DNA of 22,415 bases from Nitrospira japonica. GTDB lineage: Bacteria > Nitrospirota > Thermodesulfovibrionia > Thermodesulfovibrionales > SM23-35. Positions 7,206 to 19,150 of this stretch are shown here, piece after piece (position 1 is the stretch's first letter; each line of letters opens with the position of its first letter). Made by a program: the position numbers and the translations under genes. A model generated the notes under the pieces. That model worked only from the letters and a program-made list of their open reading frames with translations, did no database searches and had not been told where the DNA came from. The DNA lies in assembly GCA_020725385.1 (NCBI GenBank), contig DYFC01000036.1, forward strand, positions 1 through 22,415, read 5' to 3'.

Positions 7206-8097
7206 TCGTTTTATCCGGGTTAACCCTTTTCCATCTTCTGTGTATCCAAAGCCATTCGGCTGGATGTTCTCTTATATAACTTTCAATATATTCTGTCAGT
7301 TTCTTTGTATCTTCAATTAAGGCTGTTTCTTTTTCTTGAGTTTTTGAAAGTTCAACTTCGGGATAGATTTTAATCACGTGACTATCACCATTACGGTGTA
7401 TAAATACAGGGATTGCAGCAGCACCTGTCTTTCTCACAATAAGAGCAGGCATCTTTGTTGTCCATGCGCCTCTACCTAAGAAATCAATTACGAACCCTTC
7501 ATTTCTTACAACAGCCTGATCCATAAGTATTCCAACAACACCCTTTTTCTTTAGAGTTTGTATAATAGGCTTTAAAGCACCTCTTTTATAAATTATAATA
7601 TTCCCGAATTTCCTTCTTATACCTTCTACAATTTTATTCAAATAACTATTATCAAGTGGTCTTGCTACTACTGCAATTGGTGATACTTTCAAAGAACAAA
7701 CTAGAGCAAGCAACTCCCAGTTTCCACAATGACCTGTAAAAAAAACAACCCCTCTTCCTTTTTGACTTGCAGCATAATAATTTTCTATTCCTTCAATCTT
7801 TATAGATTCGATTATTTTTTTACCCGAACCTGAGTAAACCTTGATTATTTCTGCAAGTGATCTACCAAAATTTTTAAAATTCTCTTTAAGAACTTTTGAA
7901 ATATCTCTTTCAGAAAAAGCTTCATCTGAAATCATGGTTTTTATTAAATTATCTTCTGCAATCTTTCTTCTGGAACTCCAGATATAAAAGAGCGCAAGTC
8001 CTATTAATTCTCCTATTTTTAGTGATATTTTTACGGGAAGGATTCTTATAGGTGCAGTCAGAATAATTACTATGACAGCCTCTAATAAACGATACAT
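7198..8097 (-). CDS. lipid A late acyltransferase (LpxL/HtrB family)
   Basis: GHCGNWE (H-x4-E), LMDQ, WLWIHRRWK. Confidence 0.9.
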   Translation of the reverse strand: MYRLLEAVIVIILTAPIRILPVKISLKIGELIGLALFYIWSSRRKIAEDNLIKTMISDEAFSERDISKVLKENFKNFGRSLAEIIKVYSGSGKKIIESIKIEGIENYYAASQKGRGVVFFTGHCGNWELLALVCSLKVSPIAVVARPLDNSYLNKIVEGIRRKFGNIIIYKRGALKPIIQTLKKKGVVGILMDQAVVRNEGFVIDFLGRGAWTTKMPALIVRKTGAAAIPVFIHRNGDSHVIKIYPEVELSKTQEKETALIEDTKKLTEYIESYIREHPAEWLWIHRRWKRVNPDKTII

Positions 8098-8111
8098 ATT
8101 TTTATATGAGC

Positions 8112-10535
8112 CTAATCAGATTTCTTTTCTTCTTTATTATTTTCCTTATCTTTATCCTTCTTTTTCTGCATTGACTCATCAATTTCAGCAAGTCTTTTTG
8201 CGACAAGATAATTTATAGTTCCCTCGGGATATGTACCATCTTCACGAAGTTCACCCGCAGACATGTCGGTCATAATTTCAAGAGCTTCATCAATTGTATT
8301 GATTGAATATATATTGAACTTACCATCTCTAACAGCATCAAGAACTTCTTGTTTGAGCATCAAGTTTTTCACATTTCTTGAAGGAATAATAACACCATGA
8401 CTTCCGTCTAAGCCTTTTATTTTACACAGGTCAAAGAAGCCTTCGATTTTCTCGTTGATACCACCCACCGGTTGTACCTCACCGTTCTGGTCCATTGAAC
8501 CCGTAATAGCTATATGTTGTTTTAAAGGCACATTAGCAATGCTACTTAATAACGCACATAGTTCAGCACAGGATGCACTGTCACCTTCAACCATATCATA
8601 AAGCTGTTCAAAAGTTATTGATGCTGACAGAGTAATTGGTTTGTGTACCGCAAATCTACTTCCCAGAAAATGTGAGATTATAAGTATAGCCTTTTCGTGT
8701 ATTTTGCCGCTCATTTTTGTTTCACGTTCAATATTAACAACCCCTGCTTTACCTGCATATATCCTTGCGCTGATTCTCGAAGGCTTTCCAAAACTATAAT
8801 CACCGAGATCAAGCACAGCAAGACCATTTATCTGCCCGACCTTTTTTCCTTCTGTATTTACTATAAGAGTGCCTTCAAGAATCAATTCCCTAATTCTTTC
8901 TTCTATTTTATTTATCCTATAAACTTTTTCATCCATAGCTTTTTGCACATGCTCTTTACTAACAACCTTGCTACCTGCTTTAATTGCCCAGTAATTTGAT
9001 TCTCTCAATATATCGGCTATTTCACTAAACTTAACAGAAAGTTTATTCTGATTTTCTGCAATTCGTGAACTTAATTCAATTACCTTTGATATTCCTGTTC
9101 TATTAAAAGGCAATAGTTTTTCTTCTCTGCAAAGTGTGGCAATATAAGATGCATATTTGTGAAGATTTTCATCCGTTCTGTCCATTCTGCTTTCAAAATC
9201 TGCTTTAACTTTGAAAAGTTCCCTATAATCTTCATCAAGATTATAAAGCAAATAATAAAGATAAGGATTTCCAACAAGTATAACCTTAACATTCAATGGA
9301 ATCGCCTCTGGTTTAAGGGTTGTTGTCGATATTAATCTGTACTGCTCCCATACATCTTCAATTTTAAGTTCTTTATTCCTGACCGCTCGCTTTAGGGCAT
9401 CATATGAAAAAAGATTTCTAAGCAAATCAAGAGCATTAACAACAAGATAACCTCCATTTGCCCTGTGAAGTGAGCCTGCTTTTATCATTGAAAAATCTGT
9501 AATCGCAAGACCATACTGAATTTTATGTTCGATTCTACCAAATAGATTATAATAAGTTGGATTGCTCTCAAAAACACACGGAGCCCCTTTACATTCTTTG
9601 TTATTCACCAATACGTTTACCGTATATCTTGTAAAAATAGGCTCTGGTTTCTGAATCTTCATAAAAGGCAATTGTGGCGTTTGTTCTTCCTGAATCTTAA
9701 AATCATCGAGATGGCTAAGAATATCTTCTTTTACAGCATCAAGATAGGTGATTATCTTTTCATATTGCTGGTACTTATTTTTTAAATCTTCGATAAGATG
9801 CCCAACCGAAGAAAGAGCTGCATCTTTTTCGAGTTTTAAAAGCTGTTCTTTTAATATTTTTTCTCCTTCACGTGCTATGCGAACTATATCATTAAGCTTT
9901 TCCTGTAGAGATTTTCCTATTTCATCTATTTTCTTTCGTGTTCTTTCATCAAGCCCTTCATATTCTTCTTCAGTTAAAGGCTCATTATTTTTCTTTACAG
10001 GCACAAGAATCAGCCCGCTGACAGTCTTTCGAAGAGAAAAACCTTTTTCCTGCGCTTCCAGTTCGAGAGATTCAAACAACTGCCTCTGTTTTCTCTGAGA
10101 TTCATCAATTATTTTATTTCTCTGTTTTTCATATTCTTTTGAATCAAATACTTTTGGAATTTCTGCTCTTAATATCTTGATTGTTTCATCCATATCTTTT
10201 TGAAATAAAACAGCGTGACCAGGTTCGAGTTCAATTGCAAGTGGAGCATCAGGGTCGTTGAAATTATATACATAACACCAATCACTCGGTACCGGTTCAG
10301 CAAGAGCTTTCTGGTGAAGAAATGATCTTACAGTTGTCATTTTACCCGTGCCATGCTCGCCGAGTATAAAAATATTAAAACCTGTACTATCAAGACTTAA
10401 GCCGAAATCAAGAGAACGTATCGCTCTTTCCTGTCCTATTGTCTCTTTAAAATCCTGCAACTCTTCAGTTGTATTGAAATGAAATAAATCAGGACTACAT
10501 TCTTTATATAGTTCATGTACTTCGAGTTTTTTCAT
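8112..10535 (-). CDS. Lon-family protease, LonC-like (AAA-like module, coiled-coil insertion, Lon_C domain)
   Basis: GQERA, GEHGTGKMT, GSLHRANGG, GQINGL, Ser-Lys dyad EGDSAS..GGINEKIEG. Confidence 0.9.
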   Translation of the reverse strand: MKKLEVHELYKECSPDLFHFNTTEELQDFKETIGQERAIRSLDFGLSLDSTGFNIFILGEHGTGKMTTVRSFLHQKALAEPVPSDWCYVYNFNDPDAPLAIELEPGHAVLFQKDMDETIKILRAEIPKVFDSKEYEKQRNKIIDESQRKQRQLFESLELEAQEKGFSLRKTVSGLILVPVKKNNEPLTEEEYEGLDERTRKKIDEIGKSLQEKLNDIVRIAREGEKILKEQLLKLEKDAALSSVGHLIEDLKNKYQQYEKIITYLDAVKEDILSHLDDFKIQEEQTPQLPFMKIQKPEPIFTRYTVNVLVNNKECKGAPCVFESNPTYYNLFGRIEHKIQYGLAITDFSMIKAGSLHRANGGYLVVNALDLLRNLFSYDALKRAVRNKELKIEDVWEQYRLISTTTLKPEAIPLNVKVILVGNPYLYYLLYNLDEDYRELFKVKADFESRMDRTDENLHKYASYIATLCREEKLLPFNRTGISKVIELSSRIAENQNKLSVKFSEIADILRESNYWAIKAGSKVVSKEHVQKAMDEKVYRINKIEERIRELILEGTLIVNTEGKKVGQINGLAVLDLGDYSFGKPSRISARIYAGKAGVVNIERETKMSGKIHEKAILIISHFLGSRFAVHKPITLSASITFEQLYDMVEGDSASCAELCALLSSIANVPLKQHIAITGSMDQNGEVQPVGGINEKIEGFFDLCKIKGLDGSHGVIIPSRNVKNLMLKQEVLDAVRDGKFNIYSINTIDEALEIMTDMSAGELREDGTYPEGTINYLVAKRLAEIDESMQKKKDKDKENNKEEKKSD

Positions 10536-10742
10536 TACTTATCCTCCGTTCCTGCTTTATAAAAAGAATTTGACTATAAAATTTTAGTGGATTTTCAAGG
10601 TGATTATGATAAAAATCCAACAAAGATAAGAAATCATAGTAATATTGAAAGTTTACACGTTTTTAAGTTTTCTTTCAACTATTTGTATATAAAAGAAAAT
10701 ATTCTTATTGATATAAGTATAGTTATGGTACAAAACTCACAT

Positions 10743-10945
10743 ATGGAATTTGAATCCGATCCAAAAAAGAGTGCCATCATAAGTCAAAGCTTGGGATTTA
10801 TTTCTATGAAGCTCAAGCTCTTTGGGATGACCCTGATTTGATTGAGACTCCTTTAAGAATAAGCGATGAACCAAGTTTTTTGGTGATAGGAAAGATATCA
10901 GAAAAATATTGGCCTGGAATTATTATATATCTGTTGCTCGTTATC
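10743..10945 (+). pseudogene. BrnT-family (type II TA ribonuclease toxin) remnant, frameshifted and truncated
   Basis: MEFESDPKKSAI, frameshift near 10779, then KSKLGIYFYEAQALWDDPDLIETPLRISDEPSFLVIGKISEKYWPGIIIY; matches the BrnT pattern MEFE.D..K...NK.KHGI.F.EA..LW.D; no antitoxin follows. Confidence 0.8.
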
Positions 10946-10963
10946 CTTATAAAAGGATACCAT

Positions 10964-11857
10964 TTATGCTCTTGGATGATGTTTAGAATAAACCTGTTTC
11001 AATCTTTCGGTTGTAACTTTTGTATAAATCTGGGTAGTTGATATGTCAGCATGACCGAGCATTTTCTGTAACGATCTTAAATCCGCACCGCCTTCAAGAA
11101 GATGTGTTGCAAATGAATGTCTCATGGTATGAGGTGAAATCTTGAGTCCCATCTTTTTCCCTGCTGCCTTTACTGTCTGCCAGAATCTCTGTCGGCTCAT
11201 GGGCATACCTCTTGAAGTTATAAATAGATAAGGCGACTCTTTTCTTTTAAGTATTTTTACCCTTTCATTTTTAATATAATCTCTTATTTTTTCAAGAGTA
11301 CTTTCACTTACAGGAACTATTCTTTCTTTTGAACCTTTACCTATGACTCTTAAAAAACCAGCATCAAAATGAATGTCCTCAAGTTTTAAAGAAACCAGCT
11401 CACTCACTCTCAGTCCTGAAGAATAAATCAATTCAAGCATTACAGCATCTCTCACAGAAGCAGGTTTGATGCCCATGCTTTTTGGAACATTATTTATTAA
11501 CAGTTCTTTTGTCTCGGAAATGCTTAAAGCTTTCGGTATTCTTTCCCATTTGCCCGGAGCTCTAAGATCTTCGGAGGGGTCTTCATCAATAATTTTTTCG
11601 GCTACAAGATATTTACACAAGCTTTTTATTGAAGAAATAAATCTGCAAACACTTGATATCGAGAAACCTTTATCCATAAGCATTTCCATAAAATCTACAA
11701 TATCACTTCTTTTAAAAGAGTGCATTAATATATTCTTAGAATTTAGAAAACCTTGAAATTTTTTCAAGTCAAGTTCATATGATAAAATAGTATTTTTTGA
11801 TAAACCTTTTTCTACTGTAAGATAAGTTAAAAAATCACTTATTAAGTTATTATTCAT
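10964..11857 (-). CDS. xerD: tyrosine recombinase XerD
   Basis: EKGLSKNT..Y..DL, SSGLRVSEL, GKGSKER, HTMRHSFATHLLEGGADLR, LGHADISTTQIY, C-terminal HHPRA. Confidence 0.92.
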   Translation of the reverse strand: MNNNLISDFLTYLTVEKGLSKNTILSYELDLKKFQGFLNSKNILMHSFKRSDIVDFMEMLMDKGFSISSVCRFISSIKSLCKYLVAEKIIDEDPSEDLRAPGKWERIPKALSISETKELLINNVPKSMGIKPASVRDAVMLELIYSSGLRVSELVSLKLEDIHFDAGFLRVIGKGSKERIVPVSESTLEKIRDYIKNERVKILKRKESPYLFITSRGMPMSRQRFWQTVKAAGKKMGLKISPHTMRHSFATHLLEGGADLRSLQKMLGHADISTTQIYTKVTTERLKQVYSKHHPRA

Positions 11858-11883
11858 CGGTTTTTATTGTCTCTTATCTTCTT

Positions 11884-11939
11884 GTCTGTTTTCCGTAATC
11901 CGTCCTCTGTCGTCTGTTCTCTGTAGTCTGTTGTCTGTC
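11884..11939. repeat. degenerate heptanucleotide tandem repeat, 8 copies (consensus nTCTGTn)
   Basis: GTCTGTT TTCCGTA ATCCGTC CTCTGTC GTCTGTT CTCTGTA GTCTGTT GTCTGTC. Confidence 0.85.
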
Positions 11940-12653
11940 TCACCCATATATTTTTTCCATTTCTTCAGTATAATTCCCGTCTATATTATAAATTAAAAAT
12001 GGTTTTTCTACTTTTAATCCTGGCTTTCCTCCTTTTACAGCCTCAATAAGTACCATCTTCGCTTCTGTATGAATTGTTGAATGCACAAAACAGATTCTCT
12101 TCGGTTCCAGCATCTTCTTTCTTAAGATGATTATTAACTCGGCAAGTCTTGAAGGATGATAGATCAGACAAAATCTTCCCTTTTCCCTTAAAAGATAATA
12201 TGCAGCATTTATAAGTTCATTAAGATTCAATTTCATTTCATGCCTCGCTATAGCTTTTTCTTCTTCTATATTAATACGTCCGCTCAACGCTTTTCTAAAT
12301 GGAGGGTTGGAAACTACAAGATCACAAAATGAATGATTTTTAAAAGTTTTTGATAGTATTCTAAGATCGTACTGTAATACATTTATTCTGCCTTGAAGTT
12401 TATTTATAAGAACATTTTTTTCAGCAAGACTTACAAGTTGTTCCTGAAGCTCAATAAGAATAACTTTCGAATGAACATATTTTTTTGCTAGTAGTATTCC
12501 TATGATACCCGAGCCAGCACCGAGATCAGCAAGAGTGTGGACAATTTTAAGATTTATGAAATTATATAAAAGAAGTGAATCAACAGAAAAACGGTAACCT
12601 TTTTTTGATTGATATAGTTTTATATCGCGGATGCTATCAAGAGTTAAATCCAT
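11940..12653 (-). CDS. tRNA1(Val) adenine(37)-N6 methyltransferase family (YfiC/TrmN6-like)
   Basis: GYRFSVDSLLL, DLGAGSG, SNPPF, IARHE. Confidence 0.88.
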   Translation of the reverse strand: MDLTLDSIRDIKLYQSKKGYRFSVDSLLLYNFINLKIVHTLADLGAGSGIIGILLAKKYVHSKVILIELQEQLVSLAEKNVLINKLQGRINVLQYDLRILSKTFKNHSFCDLVVSNPPFRKALSGRINIEEEKAIARHEMKLNLNELINAAYYLLREKGRFCLIYHPSRLAELIIILRKKMLEPKRICFVHSTIHTEAKMVLIEAVKGGKPGLKVEKPFLIYNIDGNYTEEMEKIYG

Positions 12654-12659
12654 TAAAAA

Positions 12660-14123
12660 TTATTTTACCCCAATATCCCCCCGTTCTTTCAACAATGAAA
12701 TAAAAAGATCAACAATCTCAGGGTCAAATTGAATGCCAGAAAATTTTTCAAGCTCCATAACCGCCTGTTCTATTGATAAAGCTTTTCTATAAGGTCTGTC
12801 TGTAGTCATAGCACCAAAAGCATCTGCAACAGCAATAATCCTTGCTCCCAATGGAATTTCCTTCCCTTTTAGACCATCGGGATAACCCGAACCATCGTAA
12901 CATTCCTGATGATGTCTTATAATTTCTCTTGCATCTTTTAAAGGTTCCACCTGCTCTATCATCTTAGCGCCTGTAGTCGGATGCTTCTTAATTATCTCCA
13001 TTTCTTCATCGGTAAGTTTTCCTGCTTTTAAGAGAATGTGATCCGGTACAGATACTTTTCCAAGATCGTGCAAAAGTCCGGCCTTCCTGATATTTTCAAT
13101 TTCTTTTTCTGAAAGATTCAATTTCTTCGCAATCTCAACAGAATATTCAGCTATGTCTTTCATATGCTTGTCAGTATAAAAATCCCTCGCTTCAACAACT
13201 CCCGATAGTGTAATAATAGTTGAAAGATATGAACGTTCAAGTTTTTCATACAGACTTGCATTCTCGATAGCTGCTGCTGCCTGATCGCTTAGCACCGATA
13301 CGAGTTCAATTTCCGACGGAGTAAAAGCAGACTCTTCACTTGTTCTTCCAACGCAAAATAGACCAATTATATTGCTACGTACTACAAGTGGCACACATAC
13401 TCCAAATGCTAAATCTTCTGTTTTTCTTAAAGCAACAAATTCTGAGGGTATTTCTGTTTCAGGAGTAATTATAAAAGGTCCTCTATGTTCAATAATAAAT
13501 TTTCCGATCGTTTTTGAATAAAGCTTATTAAAATCATTCACAAAATCATCGGACAGATTATAATGTTCTCTTAATACAAGCTTCTCTGAATATTCATTTA
13601 TTAAAGCAAGACATACTTTGCTTGCTTTTGCCTCCTGCACAGCAAAGTCAACAATAATTCTTAACAAACGGACAGGGTCAACCTCACCAATGATCACCTT
13701 ACTAACTTCAAATAATGGCATTAAGGCTTTCATTCTGATGTTTTCAGCAAGCAATCTTGTTTTTTCGAGGGCATCTGAAACAGATGCCCTGAGTTCAGCA
13801 GGTGTAAATGGTTTTAGAATAAAACCCTGTGCGCCGAGTCTTAATGAATTGATAGCAATATCAAGAGTTCCATGTCCGGTAATTATAATTATAGGTATCT
13901 CTTTATCTTTGTCTCTTACACTCCGTATAACATCAAGCCCGTCCATCTTTGGCATTTTGATGTCTGTAAGTATAATATCGAATTTTTCCTTTTGAAAAAG
14001 TTTTAAACCATCATTACCATTTGATGCAGTTCTGACAGAATACTGACTTTTTACAAGAATATCCTTGGCAAGCCTAAGTATATAATCTTCATCATCAATT
14101 ATGAGAATATGTTCTTTATTCAT
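12660..14123 (-). CDS. response regulator with REC-GAF-HD-GYP domains (cyclic dinucleotide phosphodiesterase)
   Basis: IIDDE, DIKMPKMDG, TGHG, KPF; GAF-type CVPLVVRSNIIG..AIENASLY; HDLGK, HHQECYDGSGYP, DAFGAMTTDRPYR. Confidence 0.92.
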   Translation of the reverse strand: MNKEHILIIDDEDYILRLAKDILVKSQYSVRTASNGNDGLKLFQKEKFDIILTDIKMPKMDGLDVIRSVRDKDKEIPIIIITGHGTLDIAINSLRLGAQGFILKPFTPAELRASVSDALEKTRLLAENIRMKALMPLFEVSKVIIGEVDPVRLLRIIVDFAVQEAKASKVCLALINEYSEKLVLREHYNLSDDFVNDFNKLYSKTIGKFIIEHRGPFIITPETEIPSEFVALRKTEDLAFGVCVPLVVRSNIIGLFCVGRTSEESAFTPSEIELVSVLSDQAAAAIENASLYEKLERSYLSTIITLSGVVEARDFYTDKHMKDIAEYSVEIAKKLNLSEKEIENIRKAGLLHDLGKVSVPDHILLKAGKLTDEEMEIIKKHPTTGAKMIEQVEPLKDAREIIRHHQECYDGSGYPDGLKGKEIPLGARIIAVADAFGAMTTDRPYRKALSIEQAVMELEKFSGIQFDPEIVDLFISLLKERGDIGVK

Positions 14124-14225
14124 AGGTATTTTTATGCATTAGCTTGATAATTTAAATTTTTATAACATACTAAATCTCTAATTATCAATTTCTATTTTTC
14201 AATTGCTTAAATTCTTTGTTTGAGT

Positions 14226-14259
14226 AAAAAAAAACCATGCTTAATAAGCATGGCTTTTT
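14226..14259 (-). terminator. intrinsic terminator of the atp operon
   Basis: CCATGCTT-AAT-AAGCATGG stem (14235-14253) flanked by A9 and T5, just downstream of atpC. Confidence 0.85.
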
Positions 14260-14285
14260 ATAATAAATCTATAGTTTATTAATTA

Positions 14286-14693
14286 TTAAATGGTTCTTCT
14301 TTCTGCAACTTGTATCCTTGCCACAGCTCTTTCAAGAGAAGCTGTTGCTCTTGCAAAATCAAATTCTTCGGCTTTTCTCAACCGTTCTTCAGCCCTCTTC
14401 ATAGCAGCTTTAGCCCTTTCGACATCGATGTCTTCGGATTTCTCAGCGCTATCAGCAAGTATCATTACTCTGTCCGGACCTATCTCGGCATAACCCCAGT
14501 TTACAAAAACATACTTTGTGGCATTGCCTTTTTTATATGAGAGCATACCAATTTTTAAGGTTGTAAAAAAGGGCACATGTCCTGGAAGTACGCCGAAATC
14601 ACCCTCGCTTCCTGATGTAGATACCTCGTCAACCTCTTCACTCAGGATAAGTCCGTAAGGTGTTACTATTTCAAGCTTTATTTTATTCTCCAT
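14286..14693 (-). CDS. atpC: F1 ATP synthase epsilon subunit
   Basis: LEIVTP, GDFGVLPGH, ILADSAE..ID..RA. Confidence 0.96.
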   Translation of the reverse strand: MENKIKLEIVTPYGLILSEEVDEVSTSGSEGDFGVLPGHVPFFTTLKIGMLSYKKGNATKYVFVNWGYAEIGPDRVMILADSAEKSEDIDVERAKAAMKRAEERLRKAEEFDFARATASLERAVARIQVAERRTI

Positions 14694-14721
14694 AGGTATT
14701 TCTCCTGCCTTAAGCTTTTAT

Positions 14722-16155
<1,434 letters not shown>

Positions 16156-16191
16156 TCAACTATATTTTTAAATTCCTGAAAACTTTATGCA

Positions 16192-17070
16192 TTATTGCTT
16201 TAAAGCCTCAACACCGCCAACAATATCCATAAGGTCTTTGGTAATTCCAGCCTGTCTGACTTTGTTGGCAAGCAGTGTTACTTTATTAATTAATTCACTG
16301 CAGTTCTTGGTAGCATTTTCCATAGCTGCCATTCTTGCTGCTTCTTCTGCTGCAGATGATTCAAGTAAAGCACGATATATTTGAATTTCAATATACTTTG
16401 GCAGTAATCTTTCAAAAATTATAGCTCTTGATGGCTCATAAAGATAATCTGCGGTCATAGCTGCTTCTTTAGGTGTTTCTTCGCCCTCAATAACTCCAAG
16501 AGGTAGAAGCTTCATCATCGTAACCTTTTGTGCGATTAATGATTTGAATTCATTGTAAATTACAATTACTTCATCAAAGGTCTCATTAGTATAGTTTTCA
16601 ACAAGATTGGCTGCGATTTCCTGAGCATTAGTATATGATACTTTACCGGAAAGTCCAACCCATGAATTTCGCATTGTATAACCTCTTCTCCGGAAAAAGT
16701 CACGGGCTTTTCTTCCGACAGTGCTTAATGTAATCTGAACACCTTCATGTTTCAAACCTTCTAAATATTTATAAGCTGTTCTCAAAATATTAGCATTAAA
16801 AGCACCGCATAGTCCTTTATCAGAGGTTATCACAACGACTTCAACAGTTTTCCTCATTCTAAGTGCAAGAAGTGGATGTAATTCTCTCTCAGCTACCCTT
16901 GCGAGGTCAGATAATACAGTCTGCATCCGCGATGAATATGGTCTGAAATTCATCATCCTGTCCTGAACTTTTCGCATCTTGGCTGCTGCCACCATTTTCA
17001 TCGCAGCAGTAATTTTCTTTGTGCTTTGAATTGCCTTAAGTCTTTTTCTTATATCCCTTAACGTTGGCAT
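16192..17070 (-). CDS. atpG: F1 ATP synthase gamma subunit
   Basis: KITAAMKMVAAAK, DKGLCGAFN, ARMAAMENAT, RQAGIT. Confidence 0.97.
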   Translation of the reverse strand: MPTLRDIRKRLKAIQSTKKITAAMKMVAAAKMRKVQDRMMNFRPYSSRMQTVLSDLARVAERELHPLLALRMRKTVEVVVITSDKGLCGAFNANILRTAYKYLEGLKHEGVQITLSTVGRKARDFFRRRGYTMRNSWVGLSGKVSYTNAQEIAANLVENYTNETFDEVIVIYNEFKSLIAQKVTMMKLLPLGVIEGEETPKEAAMTADYLYEPSRAIIFERLLPKYIEIQIYRALLESSAAEEAARMAAMENATKNCSELINKVTLLANKVRQAGITKDLMDIVGGVEALKQ

Positions 17071-17094
17071 TTACTTTCTCCTATTAGAGCAAAT

Positions 17095-18606
17095 TTATGC
17101 AGCAAAAGTCTTTTTGAAAGCTGTAATAGCTTCTGTCATCTTTGCCTTAAGATCATCATCCAACGCTTTCTTTTCTATGATCTCTTTCTTTATATCAGGT
17201 TTCTCTGATCTCATATATCTTAAAAGCCCTTCTTCGAAAGGCTTAATTGCTTCAAGTGGCAAGTCATCAAGAAATCCTTGAGTACCAGCAAATATAACTA
17301 TAATTTGTTCATCAACTGGCATAGGTACATATTGGTCTTGTTTTAACAACTCGACCATTCTCTTACCTCTTTCAATCTGTGCGAGTGTAGCTTTATCAAG
17401 GTCAGATGCAAACTGCGCAAACGCTGCGAGTTCTCTAAACTGTGCAAGGTCGAGTCTTAACATTCCGGCAACCTGCTTCATGGCTTTAATTTGTGCAGCA
17501 CCACCAACACGGCTGACCGAAAGACCGGCGTTAACAGCAGGTCTTACACCGGCATAGAAAAGCTCTGGCTCAAGATAAATCTGACCATCTGTAATTGAAA
17601 TAACGTTTGTAGGAATATATCCTGAAACGTCACCTGCTTGTGTTTCAATGACTGGGATAGCAGTTAATGAACCGGCCCCCATCTCATCACTCATTTTTGC
17701 TGCTCTTTCAAGAAGTCTTGAATGGAGATAGAAAACATCACCGGGATACGCTTCACGTGCCGGTGGACGTCTTAAAATAAGTGAAAGCTGTCTATAAGCA
17801 TGGGCCTGTTTTGTAAGGTCATCATAGCCAATAAATGCATGTTGTCCATTATCTCTGAAATATTCACCCATTGCACAGCCTGTATAAGGAGCAATATACT
17901 GCATCGGTGCAGGTTCACTGGCAGTTGCGACAACAACTATTGTATGTTCAAGCGCACCCATTTCCTCAAGTTTTTTAACTGTATTAACAACAGCAGGACG
18001 ACGCTGTCCGACTGCAACATAAATACAGGTCACATCTCCACCTTTTTGATTTATGATTGTATCTATCAAGATAGCTGTTTTTCCAATCTGACGGTCACCA
18101 ATACAAAGCTCACGCTGTCCTCTTCCAATTGGAATCATTGCGTCGATTGCTTTAATTCCTGTTTGTAAAGGCTCATGAACAGGTTTTCTTCTAATGATAC
18201 CAGGTGCGACAACTTCGACTCTTCTTGTCTGTTTTGCATTGATTGGACCTTTTCCATCAATTGGCTGACCGATAGCATTAACAACTCTTCCTCTGAGTTC
18301 CGGGCCAACAGGTACTTCCATAACTTTACCTGTGCGTTTTACGATATCGCCTTCTTTAACAAGTTTGTCCTCGCCGAAAAGAACAGCACCTACTGACTCT
18401 TCTTCGAGGTTCAAAGCCATACCGAAAACTCCGTTCGGGAACTCAAGAAGTTCTGATGCCATGCAGTTTTCAAGACCGTAAACCTTTGCGACACCGTCAC
18501 CGATATAAGTAACCGTGCCGATTTCACTAACATCAACCTTTTTCTCAAAATCTGTAATTTGCTTCCTTAACAGCTCACTAATTTCTTCTGTCTTAATTTC
18601 TGGCAT
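17095..18606 (-). CDS. atpA: F1 ATP synthase alpha subunit
   Basis: [48 protein letters not shown]. Confidence 0.98.
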   Translation of the reverse strand: MPEIKTEEISELLRKQITDFEKKVDVSEIGTVTYIGDGVAKVYGLENCMASELLEFPNGVFGMALNLEEESVGAVLFGEDKLVKEGDIVKRTGKVMEVPVGPELRGRVVNAIGQPIDGKGPINAKQTRRVEVVAPGIIRRKPVHEPLQTGIKAIDAMIPIGRGQRELCIGDRQIGKTAILIDTIINQKGGDVTCIYVAVGQRRPAVVNTVKKLEEMGALEHTIVVVATASEPAPMQYIAPYTGCAMGEYFRDNGQHAFIGYDDLTKQAHAYRQLSLILRRPPAREAYPGDVFYLHSRLLERAAKMSDEMGAGSLTAIPVIETQAGDVSGYIPTNVISITDGQIYLEPELFYAGVRPAVNAGLSVSRVGGAAQIKAMKQVAGMLRLDLAQFRELAAFAQFASDLDKATLAQIERGKRMVELLKQDQYVPMPVDEQIIVIFAGTQGFLDDLPLEAIKPFEEGLLRYMRSEKPDIKKEIIEKKALDDDLKAKMTEAITAFKKTFAA

Positions 18607-18610
18607 AATG

Positions 18611-19150
18611 TCACCCCTTTATAAGCTCATCTTTTAAAAGCCTTAACTGGCCTTTTATGCTTGTATCATACATAGTGCTTCCAATCTTAACGAGCATTCC
18701 GCCAAGAAGGGAAGGATCTACCATATACTCTATATCAACATCCCTGTCGGTCAGTTTTTTCAGGGATGACTTAAGTTTTTCTTCCTGATTTTTCCCGATT
18801 TCAATCGGTGTCATAACAATTGCTTTTGCTCTTTTCTGTTTTTCGAGGTAAAGATTTATAGCAACCCTTAAAATCTGGGCAAGATAAATAACAATTCCCA
18901 GCTCAGAAAGGTGAAGTATAAACTTTACCGTTGGCTCGGAAATTTTGTACTTTTCTGCGATTGCTTTAAAAACCTTTGCCCTTTCATCCGTTGTAAACAT
19001 GGGATTAACAAGTAAGTTCTTAAGCTCCTTACTCTTAGCCATCATCTCATTTAACAACGCAATTTCAGCAAGGGCTTGCGGCGCATTTTCATCGCCAACA
19101 TTCCTTAAAAGCGCTTTTGCATATCTGTTAGATTCTTTGAACTGTTTCAA
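18611..19150 (-). CDS. atpH: F1 ATP synthase delta subunit
   Basis: [27 protein letters not shown]; TTG start overlapping the atpF stop; operon position. Confidence 0.93.
   Translation of the reverse strand: MKQFKESNRYAKALLRNVGDENAPQALAEIALLNEMMAKSKELKNLLVNPMFTTDERAKVFKAIAEKYKISEPTVKFILHLSELGIVIYLAQILRVAINLYLEKQKRAKAIVMTPIEIGKNQEEKLKSSLKKLTDRDVDIEYMVDPSLLGGMLVKIGSTMYDTSIKGQLRLLKDELIKG

Noticed and set aside
7216-7226. CGGGTTAACCC shared with the 22260 palindrome core
   Set aside because: Lies within lpxL codons; an 11-bp match is likely coincidental
10587-11041. ORFs 10587-10841 and 10838-11041 as real genes
   Set aside because: Explained as fragments of the BrnT pseudogene plus readthrough antisense to xerD
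10964-11857. Tyrosine recombinase as a prophage or island integrase
   Set aside because: XerD signatures and housekeeping context; no att, tRNA, dif or phage genes seen
11884-11939. CRISPR array
   Set aside because: 7-bp tandem units without spacers; no cas genes
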